IMG/VR virus record: IMGVR_UViG_2706795947_000001
Location: 1-64,000 of that record
Length of the DNA: 64,000 nt
Strand: one strand, 5' to 3'
Origin: a virus
Lineage: Duplodnaviria; Caudoviricetes
A model generated the notes under the pieces. That model did no database searches. It had not been told where the DNA came from and saw only the letters and a list, made by a program, of their open reading frames with translations. Positions 38,824 through 47,945 of this stretch are shown piece by piece. Made by a program: the position numbers and the translations under genes. Positions within the stretch are counted from its first letter, which is position 1. Each line of letters opens with the position of its first letter.

Positions 38824-39147
38824 ATGATCGTCTATCACAGAAACAACTACAAGCCGGACTCGTACCCCGAGACCGAGGATCACGTTCGCCAGCACATCTC
38901 GTCGGTAGCCAGCGAGACGGATGATCCGCGAGAGTTCTACGACGATGTCGAGATCGAGACCAGCGAGCTCGACGGCGGTGGCATACGTGTCTACGGACAG
39001 CTCGACCGCGATCCTGCCTGCGACTACAGCGTGCCGGATGACTTCGAGATGCCCGACGAGTCCCAATACCAACAGGGCTTCGGCGTTCGCGAGATGACTC
39101 CGGTCGAACTCGAACAGCACTTGATCGAGAAGGAGAACCGCAAGTGA
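38824..39147 (+). CDS. Acidic hypothetical protein coupled to the lysin
   Basis: 107 aa with GTGA overlap with the amidase gene. Confidence 0.65.
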   Translation: MIVYHRNNYKPDSYPETEDHVRQHISSVASETDDPREFYDDVEIETSELDGGGIRVYGQLDRDPACDYSVPDDFEMPDESQYQQGFGVREMTPVELEQHLIEKENRK

Positions 39148-39776
39148 ACGGAGTCGCAATCGTCGGCGCCATCGCGCGCAGGTTTGTCGAGCTTGGCGGC
39201 AAGTCCGTCTACACGCGGGGCTGGGAAGGTCGAGGTAACGGTCAGTCGCCCGCATACAAGGGCCTCGTTATTCACCACACTGCCGGAGGTCGCAATGTCA
39301 ACATCGACCAGATCCTCATCGACGGACGCTGGGACCTTCCCGGTCCGCTTTGCAACTTCTGCATCATGTATGACGGAGACCTTGGCGTCATCGCTGCGAA
39401 CCCTGCGAACCACGCTGGTGCGAGCGGCGGCTGGGATACTGCGCCGCTTCCGCGAACGGGGCTCTTCAATCGGGAAGTCCTGGGTTGCGAAGTTCAGTAC
39501 CCCGGCGTCGAGCCGATGGCCCAGGTTCAGTACGAGTCGGCCAAGCGCCTCTCCGTTGCAACGATGGAGGTGCTCGGTCGCCCCGGCCAGTTCGACCGGG
39601 TGAAGTTTCACCAGGGCACATCCATTGAAGGAAAGTGGGATCCTGGTTACGCAAACGGCAAGACCTACGGCATCACCCAGTTCCGCAATGATTGCCGAGG
39701 TATGCGTCAGGGCGAAGACGAGAACAGCGCAGACTGGCTTGACAACCAGCGTCAGCTGTTCGGGTACCCGCAATGA
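39144..39776 (+). CDS. Endolysin, N-acetylmuramoyl-L-alanine amidase
   Basis: VIHHTAG, PGPLCN, ANHAG, GCE and H...GKWDPG amidase_2 motifs. Confidence 0.85.
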   Translation: MNGVAIVGAIARRFVELGGKSVYTRGWEGRGNGQSPAYKGLVIHHTAGGRNVNIDQILIDGRWDLPGPLCNFCIMYDGDLGVIAANPANHAGASGGWDTAPLPRTGLFNREVLGCEVQYPGVEPMAQVQYESAKRLSVATMEVLGRPGQFDRVKFHQGTSIEGKWDPGYANGKTYGITQFRNDCRGMRQGEDENSADWLDNQRQLFGYPQ

Positions 39777-40609
39777 CCACGCGCTACCACCCCCTGAAGA
39801 AAGGGTACGTGGTAACCAGTCCGTTCGGTTGGCGCGCGTGGGACAACGCAGTGCATTACGGAATCGACTTCGGAGCCTCTAACGGTACCGCCGCCGGATG
39901 GGACGTGTATGCCATACAGGCTGGCACGGTGTTGCATTCGGGCGCAGCGATCGGCTACGGTGGCCCGGACCCGGCAGGCTGGATCGTGGTTGATTCGGAC
40001 AACTCGCAGGGCAGTGGCGTGTTCGAGTACGGCCACATTATTCGCGAGAGCTGGGTCAGGCCAGGAGCCAGGGTCTCTGCCGGACAGAAGATCGGTCGGG
40101 TCAACGGGTCGAAGCTGACCAACGGTAATGTTGACCCTCATCTCCATGTCTCGTACATGCCCTACGAGTACAACCCGAGCAAGAAGAAGGACTTCGCTCC
40201 GCTGCTGCGGGACGCGAGGTACGCGGGCACCGCGCCCGCTCCAGCGCCAGCTCCCAAGCCGGTGCCGAACGAAGGAGGAACCGTGAGTCATGCATCGGAT
40301 GTTCGCATCCAGCTCCGAGGACCAGGCGACAACGGGTGGACCGGCCTGGCTCCACAGCCCGACGAACAGGGCAACCGTTTCAGCATCTTCAAGGGCAAGA
40401 ACGTCACCGCCCAGACGGTGGTTGAGGGCCTCGCGACCGTGATCTTCGAGCTCACCTATCGACTGCCCAAGGCAGGCCGGGGCTTCGACGATTACAGCAA
40501 GCGCAAGGGCGACACCGTCCTCGGCCTGGCCGGAAATGCGGCTGCCATCGCCGCCGAGAACCAGGTGATCCTCAAAGACATCCAGCGCAAGCTCGACGCG
40601 CAGGGGTAG
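39773..40609 (+). CDS. Endolysin, M23 peptidase plus C-terminal domain
   Basis: VTSPFG, HYGIDFG, YGH and PHLH motifs followed by a PAPAPAP linker. Confidence 0.85.
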   Translation: MTTRYHPLKKGYVVTSPFGWRAWDNAVHYGIDFGASNGTAAGWDVYAIQAGTVLHSGAAIGYGGPDPAGWIVVDSDNSQGSGVFEYGHIIRESWVRPGARVSAGQKIGRVNGSKLTNGNVDPHLHVSYMPYEYNPSKKKDFAPLLRDARYAGTAPAPAPAPKPVPNEGGTVSHASDVRIQLRGPGDNGWTGLAPQPDEQGNRFSIFKGKNVTAQTVVEGLATVIFELTYRLPKAGRGFDDYSKRKGDTVLGLAGNAAAIAAENQVILKDIQRKLDAQG

Positions 40610-40612
40610 GGA

Positions 40613-41059
40613 ATGGCCAGGGGGGTTGGGCCATTCAAGAAAGTCCCGGAGGCCCGCGACAAGGTAGACGCCATGCGGGTCTTTCTCGTGATCGAGGCCT
40701 ACGCACTTTGCCTGTTCGCTACCTACTACGGTCTACTGACATTCTGGTTTAGCGATAGCCTGTGGCCTCCAGGCAGGAGTGCCTCGTCAGTGCCGGGAGC
40801 CCCAGAGTCCTGGGGAGTTGCGGTAATCATTATCGCTGTGCTTACCATGATCGCTTCTTCGCGGAGGTTGAGGTGGTCTAAGTACGTGTCATGGACAATG
40901 AGAACGATGTGTATGGTGTGGGGAACTTTCTCCATCACGTTCTTCATTGACATCATGAATGGAGCGCCACCAACAGCTTACCCGCCAATGGGATCGTACC
41001 TCCTCCTGGCAGTGGTGTGCGCTAACAGAGCAAGCCTGGAGGATCAATGGAGAGAATGA
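40613..41059 (+). CDS. Membrane protein (about 4 TM)
   Basis: Hydrophobic segments; lies in the lysis cassette. Confidence 0.7.
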   Translation: MARGVGPFKKVPEARDKVDAMRVFLVIEAYALCLFATYYGLLTFWFSDSLWPPGRSASSVPGAPESWGVAVIIIAVLTMIASSRRLRWSKYVSWTMRTMCMVWGTFSITFFIDIMNGAPPTAYPPMGSYLLLAVVCANRASLEDQWRE

Positions 41060-41598
41060 AGCGCGCCATACGTGCTGGCGCAGGTACATTTCGCAAGACA
41101 ATACGAGCTGTATTTGGTCACACGAGGATCGTTGCTTCAGGCTCATACCCGCTGTATAGACTCATCTGTATCGCGGGAGTCATATCCGCCATACTCACCT
41201 TCGCATACAGGACTTGGCCTGCGTCGTTCACAGAGACGACAGACGGCAACATGGTTGCCGGGATACTGTTCGCTTCGATGCAGCTGATCGGATGCTTGTC
41301 GGTACTCATCGGCATGTACTTCCATGCGGACACTGATCCGCTACCATCGAAGGTGCAGACGTCACTCGCGATCGAGCGATTCGGAACCTGGCTTCTGATT
41401 CCAGTGATCGCAGTGTACACATACGGGGTAATCAAGTCCAACGGTGGACCACCTACCACATGGGCAACGCTCGCCCTGTTTGCCTTCGGTGTATATCTAG
41501 TGCTCCGGTCCATCGAGATCAAGGGAGCGCTTGAGGAGGTGCAGCGTCCAATTGAACAGTGCAATGGACACGACTGCAAGGAGCTGAGGAGTGAATGA
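41047..41598 (+). CDS. Membrane protein (about 4 TM)
   Basis: Hydrophobic segments; lies in the lysis cassette. Confidence 0.7.
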   Translation: MERMKRAIRAGAGTFRKTIRAVFGHTRIVASGSYPLYRLICIAGVISAILTFAYRTWPASFTETTDGNMVAGILFASMQLIGCLSVLIGMYFHADTDPLPSKVQTSLAIERFGTWLLIPVIAVYTYGVIKSNGGPPTTWATLALFAFGVYLVLRSIEIKGALEEVQRPIEQCNGHDCKELRSE

Positions 41599-41923
41599 CA
41601 TCATCACTTTGCTGCTTGGCGGGGGGCTTGCCGCGAGTGTCATCGAAGCAATCAAGTTCGTTACAACACGCAGACAGGTAAAGCGCAAGGATGAGGCCGC
41701 ATCCCAGAACGAGGAGGCCTCAGCTCAGGCCACAATCGGTGGGGCGTGGAAAGATCTTTGGCAGACCAATGATCAGTGGAACCAGCAGCTGAACGGTTTG
41801 CTGCAGAAGGAAAGGGAGAAGGGCGAGCTGTACGTGGACATCATCCAGGCAGCAGCCGACCTTCTCCCTCCCGATAAAGCTGATCCGATACTCGATCGGA
41901 TGTACGCGGTGCGTCGGACCTAG
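41591..41923 (+). CDS. Single-TM coiled-coil membrane protein
   Basis: N-terminal IITLLLGGGLAASV followed by a coiled coil. Confidence 0.7.
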   Translation: MNDIITLLLGGGLAASVIEAIKFVTTRRQVKRKDEAASQNEEASAQATIGGAWKDLWQTNDQWNQQLNGLLQKEREKGELYVDIIQAAADLLPPDKADPILDRMYAVRRT

Positions 41924-42159
41924 TATTCAGAATCCAGTTGATGGCGAGGCCGGGGGGTATCGTCTCGAACGAGCGGGCCACGGCGGCTGAAGTCGTGGCC
42001 CGCTTCTTCTGTGCACGGCTTCTCGGTACCCTCGATTCGGCCACAGTGGCTGCAATACTTCTTCATAACTGTCACCCCCAATGCCCGGTTAAGGAACGTG
42101 CCAAGGACGAACATGCCTCCAATGATGCAGGCATAGAGTACGACGGTGTACCAGTTCAT
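41920..42159 (-). CDS. Small membrane protein with CxxC
   Basis: N-terminal TM segment and CSHC; follows the Cas4-like gene. Confidence 0.6.
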   Translation of the reverse strand: MNWYTVVLYACIIGGMFVLGTFLNRALGVTVMKKYCSHCGRIEGTEKPCTEEAGHDFSRRGPLVRDDTPRPRHQLDSEY

Positions 42160-42161
42160 TA

Positions 42162-43367
42162 CTACTCCTTGATGAGCCGTTGCACAATTTTTGGCTTGGG
42201 CTCGCCGATGCTCTCCTGGACGGACGATCGTAGCCTGGACTTCTGGGCTGCGTTCAGGGCGTTGCCATTCAAGAGCTTGTCGATTTCACTGTTGTTGATC
42301 TTACCGAGTGAAGCGAAGAGGTTATCCCCGATGATCTCTCGCACCGTCGCTGGATCGTAAGACTTCCGGCGAGACGACTTAAACACGACGTGGTAGTCAT
42401 CCGTATCGTATTCGATCTCGTCGTTCTCCATTGCATCTTCGAGCAGCTTTTCCATCACTTCTTCGATGGCATACTTGATGGCCTTCTGGGCTCCCTCAAG
42501 TTCCATGTACCGCTTCGCCATCTCGTTACGGTCGCCAGCCAGAGCCATGACCCCGCCCGCCTGTACGTTCTTTGTGAGAACGGGGCACGTAGCTTTCACT
42601 ACGCAGAACTGGCATTCCGAATTGAGCGTACGCTTGCCGGGGGCCGGCTCGGCAATGATACGCTCGGCCACCTTGCGAACATACTTCCAAGTGGCGACGT
42701 TGTCGTCGCGGGTGAACTTCACCTCGACGGGATCGTATCGGAGCTGATCGAAGCACACCCAGACCTCGTCTGGGTTGAGCTCGAACCCCAGCTCTTTCGC
42801 GATCTCAGCCTTGGCCAGCATGATGGCCAGCCCGTACAGTCGACCCTGCGCCTTCTGTCGCAGACCCTGTGGCGTGAGATGCTGACGCCAAGTCTTGTAG
42901 TCCACCACGCGGACGATGGTCTTACCGTTCTCTTCGAACATATCGAGGCGGTCGAAGATGAAGGTGTACGGTACCTCTCCGATGGAGGTCTTGATTGTGA
43001 CCCGAATCTTGCGCTCGACCATGAGCACCTGAACCTTGTCGAGGTCGGTGCGCCCGAACCAGCGTTCAAGCATCTCAATTCCGTCGTTGTACAGGTCATC
43101 CTTGGAATCCGGAATGCGCATGAACTGCTTCATGAACTCTTGCTTGAAGTAAGCAACGAGTACATTCCAGTCTAGTTCTTCGCGGGTCTTGCTGATGAAC
43201 ACCTCATCGACAATCCGCTCGAGTGAATCGTGCACGGCGGTGCCCAGCTTAGCTGGGTCCGAGCTACCCCCTGGGCTCGGCGTACGTTCAACCATCTCGG
43301 CGTGGTACCTGAAGGTGCAACCCTCGAACACCTGGATGGAGGATGCCGAGATAGTTCTGAGTTCCAC
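42162..43367 (-). CDS. Cas4/RecB-like PD-(D/E)xK exonuclease
   Basis: SASSIQVFEGC, FDRLD, VVDYKT, QGRLY and CQFCVVKATC motifs. Start GTG 43367 overlaps the WhiB stop (TAGTG). Confidence 0.85.
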   Translation of the reverse strand: MELRTISASSIQVFEGCTFRYHAEMVERTPSPGGSSDPAKLGTAVHDSLERIVDEVFISKTREELDWNVLVAYFKQEFMKQFMRIPDSKDDLYNDGIEMLERWFGRTDLDKVQVLMVERKIRVTIKTSIGEVPYTFIFDRLDMFEENGKTIVRVVDYKTWRQHLTPQGLRQKAQGRLYGLAIMLAKAEIAKELGFELNPDEVWVCFDQLRYDPVEVKFTRDDNVATWKYVRKVAERIIAEPAPGKRTLNSECQFCVVKATCPVLTKNVQAGGVMALAGDRNEMAKRYMELEGAQKAIKYAIEEVMEKLLEDAMENDEIEYDTDDYHVVFKSSRRKSYDPATVREIIGDNLFASLGKINNSEIDKLLNGNALNAAQKSRLRSSVQESIGEPKPKIVQRLIKE

Positions 43368-43711
43368 TACTTGCTTCCCCTCTTCGTGGTAATGCCGCCC
43401 CATATGCCATCGGTCGAACCAGTGCGCTCGCGATAGTCGAGGCACTCGAGCTTAACGGGGCAGCTCATGCAAATCTTCTTCGCGCGATTAGCGCGGGCCG
43501 CTTGTCCCCGGCCAGGGAAGAACGCGTCTGGGTCGTGATACCCTACACAGAGGGCGCGTCGGGTCCACTCTTCGGGGACGAGACTGAAGGAGGCTTCGGG
43601 GGCGTCGGCTGTTCCGGCGTCGAACTCTTCTCCTTCTCCACAGTCGCAGAGCTCTCCGGTTCTGTCGGGTCGAAGAGCGAGGGCTGCGCAGATGCCGTTG
43701 CACCTAAAGGG
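43367..43711 (-). CDS. whiB: WhiB-family transcription factor domain, with no in-frame start (probable -1 frameshift product)
   Basis: Manual translation gives ...EEWTRRALCVGYHDPDAFFPGRGQAARANRAKKICMSCPVKLECLDYRERTGSTDGIWGGITTKRGSK*, with four Cys and GIWGG. Absent from the ORF track. Confidence 0.85.
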   Translation of the reverse strand, partial: PFRCNGICAALALRPDRTGELCDCGEGEEFDAGTADAPEASFSLVPEEWTRRALCVGYHDPDAFFPGRGQAARANRAKKICMSCPVKLECLDYRERTGSTDGIWGGITTKRGSK

Positions 43712-43965
43712 CGGCGCCCCCCGGACATCTCCAGCTCGAATGCGGTCTTGGGTTCCTCGCCGTTGAGCAAGTCATCGGCGTCAGCTTGCGCATCGGCCTT
43801 CGCCTTCTGCTCCGACTGGAATGCCGTCTGCTGGAGGTGCTGCTCGAAGGCGGTCTGTGTCGGGGCCTTGGCTCGGAAGTCCTGGAATCCTTCCTGATCC
43901 ATGCCACCTCGTACCGGGTGCAACTCGTTGGGACCAGCGGGCATTTTGAACTGCGGTTCAGTCAC
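43543..43965 (-). CDS. Hypothetical protein (0-frame partner of WhiB)
   Basis: AAGGAG RBS before GTG 43965; contains C CCT TTA at 43711-43705. Confidence 0.7.
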   Translation of the reverse strand: MTEPQFKMPAGPNELHPVRGGMDQEGFQDFRAKAPTQTAFEQHLQQTAFQSEQKAKADAQADADDLLNGEEPKTAFELEMSGGRRPLGATASAQPSLFDPTEPESSATVEKEKSSTPEQPTPPKPPSVSSPKSGPDAPSV

Positions 43966-44416
43966 TGCGTTCTCCTTGTAGGTGGTGCTAGGCGTGTGCC
44001 GATACGTTAGCATACCGGCGCGGGATCAACCCACGAATGCGGCGCGGCGCTCCACGATGTCCCAGAAATACTCTTGCATGAGGGCGCCGAGCATTACTTG
44101 GGCTCGCTTCTCCGGTGAGGTCCACCAGTGCTTACGATGCTTGCTTCGCTTGAACATTACTTCACCTTTACTTCCAGGCGCTGACTGCTAGGCCGACACA
44201 GATCGCAGCGACCAGCATCAGCACACTCAGCTTGAGAACCACGCCCCACGTCAACCAGTCCATTACAGCCTCCCCATCTTTCTTAGTCGTTCGATCTCGA
44301 ACACGCCGAGCTGTTTCCAGCCCGACATGCGCTTCCAGTGCGAGCCGCAGACGGGGCACTGAACTACAGTACCCTCATTCTCGGTCTCGCGTGCCATGAC
44401 TACCTTGTCACAGCAC

Positions 44417-45139
44417 TCACGCAAAGTCGGCGAACATGTCATCGCCTTCTTCCTCCAGCTTCTTAGCGGACTCGAGGAAGTTGCGCTCGTCTAGCTCAAT
44501 CGCAACGGCATTGCGACCACAGTTGCGAGCGGCTCGCACGAGGCTTCCTGACCCACCGAAGGGGTCCACGAGGAACGCACCCTCCCGGGTGGAATGCTTG
44601 ATAAGAGTCTCCAGCAAAGCCGGTGGCTTCTCGTGCGGATGAATGAGCTCATTCGGCCGGAGCTGCGAGAAATGCAGTACACCGTTGCGCCGCTTGGCGT
44701 AGCGAGGCGCACGACCCTTCTTGAAGAAGATGATGAACTCATGACCCTGTCCCCATGATTCAAGATCGCCCATTCCAGGGCCATCCTTCTCCCATACCAG
44801 GACAGCCTTGCGAACAAAGCCGAACTGCGCACAGAACTCGTCGAGCATGACCAGCCAGTCCGAGAGGACCTGGTACGCAGTGAAGACGTAGAGGTCGCAG
44901 TCGGGCTTGGTCTTGGTGAGCAGGACCGACATGACCTCCTTGAACACCTTGATTGCGATCTCGGGGGACTCGTCATTGGCGATCTTGCGTGCATACTTCT
45001 TGCCGCCCTCCGTGACGGCCATGTTGGAGAGGTTGTCTACCCCAAAGGGTGGGTCAGTGATGATGCAATCCACCGACTCTTCCTTGAAGCGCTGGCACAT
45101 CTCGACGGAATCGCCGTGCCAGATCTGATGAATCTTCAT
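44417..45139 (-). CDS. DNA N6-adenine/N4-cytosine methyltransferase (beta class)
   Basis: ITDPPFG, HPHEKP and DPFGGSGS motifs. Confidence 0.9.
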   Translation of the reverse strand: MKIHQIWHGDSVEMCQRFKEESVDCIITDPPFGVDNLSNMAVTEGGKKYARKIANDESPEIAIKVFKEVMSVLLTKTKPDCDLYVFTAYQVLSDWLVMLDEFCAQFGFVRKAVLVWEKDGPGMGDLESWGQGHEFIIFFKKGRAPRYAKRRNGVLHFSQLRPNELIHPHEKPPALLETLIKHSTREGAFLVDPFGGSGSLVRAARNCGRNAVAIELDERNFLESAKKLEEEGDDMFADFA

Positions 45140-45231
45140 ATCACCTTCTCGTTATAAGTGGTATGTGCCGGCCTTGCCCCTACCGGATCGTGTGTACCCT
45201 CAACTTCCACTTTACACACCGCCCAGCGCGA

Positions 45232-45510
45232 TTAGTCGTCGATCTCGATCTCTTCGTCTTCTTCGATCTCGAGCTCGACGAGCTTGAACTCGGCGACCTG
45301 TCCACCGAGGTAGTCGGTGAGCGACTCGGTGATCTCCGGACCTTCGCTGTCGAGGAAGTCCTCGAGCGTAGCGGTCGCGACCTCCACCTTCTGGTCGGTG
45401 GTCAGCTCGTCGGTGTCCTCGATGTCGTTCTCGGCCATGAGGTCCTCGAGCAGGTCGTCATCGAGGGTGATGGCGCCTTCTTCGACCTTGATCTTCAGGG
45501 TGACAATCAT
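45232..45510 (-). CDS. Highly acidic small protein
   Basis: GGAGG RBS; very D/E-rich. Confidence 0.7.
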   Translation of the reverse strand: MIVTLKIKVEEGAITLDDDLLEDLMAENDIEDTDELTTDQKVEVATATLEDFLDSEGPEITESLTDYLGGQVAEFKLVELEIEEDEEIEIDD

Positions 45511-45511
45511 T

Positions 45512-45739
45512 TCAGTTACCTCCTGTGTTGGTTGCGATCTCGTCAACAGACAAGACCTTTACGGTGACATCGCCACCGAAGTTGTAGATGACATCTTCGA
45601 GCGCCACTTCGCCAGCCTCGAACATGTCGAGGTCGTACTTGACGGCCTCTTCCGGGGTTGTGATCGGAGTCTCCGAGCACTTGTAATGGTCGAGGTCGAT
45701 CTTCGGCTCGTCGATCTCGACAATCAGGTTGATCTTCAC
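45512..45739 (-). CDS. Acidic hypothetical protein
   Basis: GTG 45739 overlaps the lysin B stop; AAGGAG RBS. Confidence 0.6.
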   Translation of the reverse strand: MKINLIVEIDEPKIDLDHYKCSETPITTPEEAVKYDLDMFEAGEVALEDVIYNFGGDVTVKVLSVDEIATNTGGN

Positions 45740-46596
45740 TAGAGCTCCTTGGGTTCCATGTCTGCGAGCTTGCGTGCGATGTCGTTGGCGATCCACTCGG
45801 GGACCGTTACGCCGTCCACCTTGTACTTGCCGTACGAAGTGTGCACGTTGCTCGTTATGTACTTGATCCCCCGGTCAATAGTGCGCTTGAGCTTGGACCT
45901 GAATCGCAGGTAGCCGCCCAAGCCTTTGTATCCGTACTCGTCGCGAATCTTCTTCTGGAAGCTCGCACTGTTGAGAACGGACAGCGAGTACCCAACCCAG
46001 CCGAGCACGTCACCAACCCAGAACTTGTTGGTGAACACGCTGATCTCCTGGAACAGGTCCAGGCCTGGGTCCGAGCTGGCGATGATGTCGCCCGGTGCGC
46101 AGAACTGGAACACCCGCCCGCGTGCCCAGCGCCAGTCTCCGCGCTCCCCGGTGATACCCTGCCCGCCAGGGTCCGGGCCGACGACCTTGTCGTTGTGGTT
46201 GCGGCGCGGGTCCGAGATGCCGTAGTAGGCGACGAGGTTGTTGTCGAGCTCGGGGTCCGGGTGACTGTCCAGAACCCACTCCATGAACACGTCTCCGCCG
46301 ATTGTGGCACCTTGCGAGTATCCCACGATGAAGACTGGGACATTCGGCGGGATGGCCCTGAGCATCTTGCGCAGGTTTGTCACGCCCTTGTGAACCGAGC
46401 TCTCGTAGCTCGCCTTGTCGCCGTATCCCGAGGTGTACGGCACAGACCAGTGCGTGATTGCCCACTTGTGGTCCGTCTCCATGAGGCGACCGAGCGCGGA
46501 GCTGATCAGCTTGGTCATCCCGGTAGGCGGCAATGGGCTCGGAGCGTCATGCGTCTCTGAAGTGCCGGGCACCAGGATCAGATACGCCTCTCTCAT
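45739..46596 (-). CDS. Lysin B-like cutinase / serine esterase
   Basis: VPGTSE, YESSVHKG, VGYSQGA, ISDPRR, GQGITG, GDII and H..Y motifs. Confidence 0.8.
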   Translation of the reverse strand: MREAYLILVPGTSETHDAPSPLPPTGMTKLISSALGRLMETDHKWAITHWSVPYTSGYGDKASYESSVHKGVTNLRKMLRAIPPNVPVFIVGYSQGATIGGDVFMEWVLDSHPDPELDNNLVAYYGISDPRRNHNDKVVGPDPGGQGITGERGDWRWARGRVFQFCAPGDIIASSDPGLDLFQEISVFTNKFWVGDVLGWVGYSLSVLNSASFQKKIRDEYGYKGLGGYLRFRSKLKRTIDRGIKYITSNVHTSYGKYKVDGVTVPEWIANDIARKLADMEPKEL

Positions 46597-47114
46597 GCGA
46601 TCTTGCCGTGCTTGAAGGGGCGCGACTGGTTATAGCGGAGCTTGTAGATCACCGCTTCCGCCAGTGAGGCGTTGGCACCGGAGCGCTGGAGCTCCTCGGC
46701 CGAGTCTCCGAGGCGGATGATGATGTCTGCGAACTCGGAGAAGATGCCTTCGGCCTTGCGGATGGTGCCATCGGAGTTGTACGGGTCGGGATGACGAGCC
46801 TCATCCTTCTTGACGCCGACCTTCTTGTCATTGAACCAAAGCGGCGGCTCGTTCTCGCGCCATGATTCGAGGCCTTCGCTGACCTCGGAGTGGAGTAGTG
46901 CGGTGACCAGGCCGAAGTTGCGGGGCTCGCCGTTTTCCTCGTGGAAGCCGTGGGCATCGGTCGCTGTCCAGCAGCAGGCCTGAATCAGGTCCAGCGCTGT
47001 GGCGATCAGCGACTCGCCCTCGGTGGTCAGCTGCCCCGTCTGGTGGTTGTACAGATGGTCGACGGGCTGACCTGCCAAGAACGCCTCGGCCTGATCATGG
47101 GTGGGGTATGTCAT
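46593..47114 (-). CDS. MazG-like nucleotide pyrophosphohydrolase
   Basis: LHSEVSEGLE, EFADIIIR and KLRYNQSRPFKHGK motifs. Confidence 0.8.
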   Translation of the reverse strand: MTYPTHDQAEAFLAGQPVDHLYNHQTGQLTTEGESLIATALDLIQACCWTATDAHGFHEENGEPRNFGLVTALLHSEVSEGLESWRENEPPLWFNDKKVGVKKDEARHPDPYNSDGTIRKAEGIFSEFADIIIRLGDSAEELQRSGANASLAEAVIYKLRYNQSRPFKHGKIA

Positions 47115-47280
47115 TCTTACTTCTCCTTAATCACAACGTGTCCGTTGATCCTGTTGAGGTATCTCTTCTGCCCCTTGTAGATGCCGTGCATTACGTCACC
47201 CTCGGGAGCCAGTAGCCACCGATGCAGAAACTCGAAGCGTTGCAAGAACATTCCAAGTCGATCGCGCTTCGAGTACGGCA

Positions 47281-47844
47281 TCAGGGCTCCCACTCGTTGT
47301 TGGCGATTTCTCCACCGCCGAGCTCATTCTTCAGCATGGCTTCCCATGCCTCCTGTCCCTCCGGGGAGAACAGTTCTTCGATCGGACAGATCGCTGTTTC
47401 CTTCGGACGGAAGCCTTCGATGCTGTGGCGTATCTCAATCACCACATAGGGCCAAGTCGTAATCTCTTGCGACGACACCAGGCGCGACATGTTTTGGATG
47501 ACCGCGCGGTCGTTGGGCAGGAACACCCCCTGCAGGGCGTCCTCCGTTCCCTTTTGCATGTTGGTCACATCGGCCCAATTGCGGGTTACAGTTTTCGAGC
47601 GCGTCTCGTATTGAGTACGCTGTCGGCTAAACGAGTACCGAATTGAGTAGTACGGACCCGGCAGACTTTCCGCACCGCCCTCGAGTAGCTCCGCAACCAG
47701 CGCGTCCTGGTAGGACTTGAGGGTTTTGTTCGGTGTCACCTTAGGCCAGGGCTTGCGACCCTTGGTGATGACCTGAACATCTCCCATTGCCCACGGCTCA
47801 GGGTTGAGATTCAGTGCCGCTGCCACGATGTTCGGGTATCCCAC
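47281..47844 (-). CDS. RusA-like Holliday junction resolvase
   Basis: DVTNMQKGTEDALQG...NDRAV motif. Confidence 0.75.
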   Translation of the reverse strand: MGYPNIVAAALNLNPEPWAMGDVQVITKGRKPWPKVTPNKTLKSYQDALVAELLEGGAESLPGPYYSIRYSFSRQRTQYETRSKTVTRNWADVTNMQKGTEDALQGVFLPNDRAVIQNMSRLVSSQEITTWPYVVIEIRHSIEGFRPKETAICPIEELFSPEGQEAWEAMLKNELGGGEIANNEWEP

Positions 47845-47945
47845 TGTTCACCTCCTTCTCCGCAAGGAATCTTGCATATCCCTGCGGGTACTCGTCGGGC
47901 ATATTCAGGGCGATCTCTCGAACGCGTTGCTCAAACTCATCTTCA

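Noticed and set aside
43368-43445. N-terminal extension of the Cas4-like ORF
   Set aside because: This is WhiB coding sequence read in another frame.
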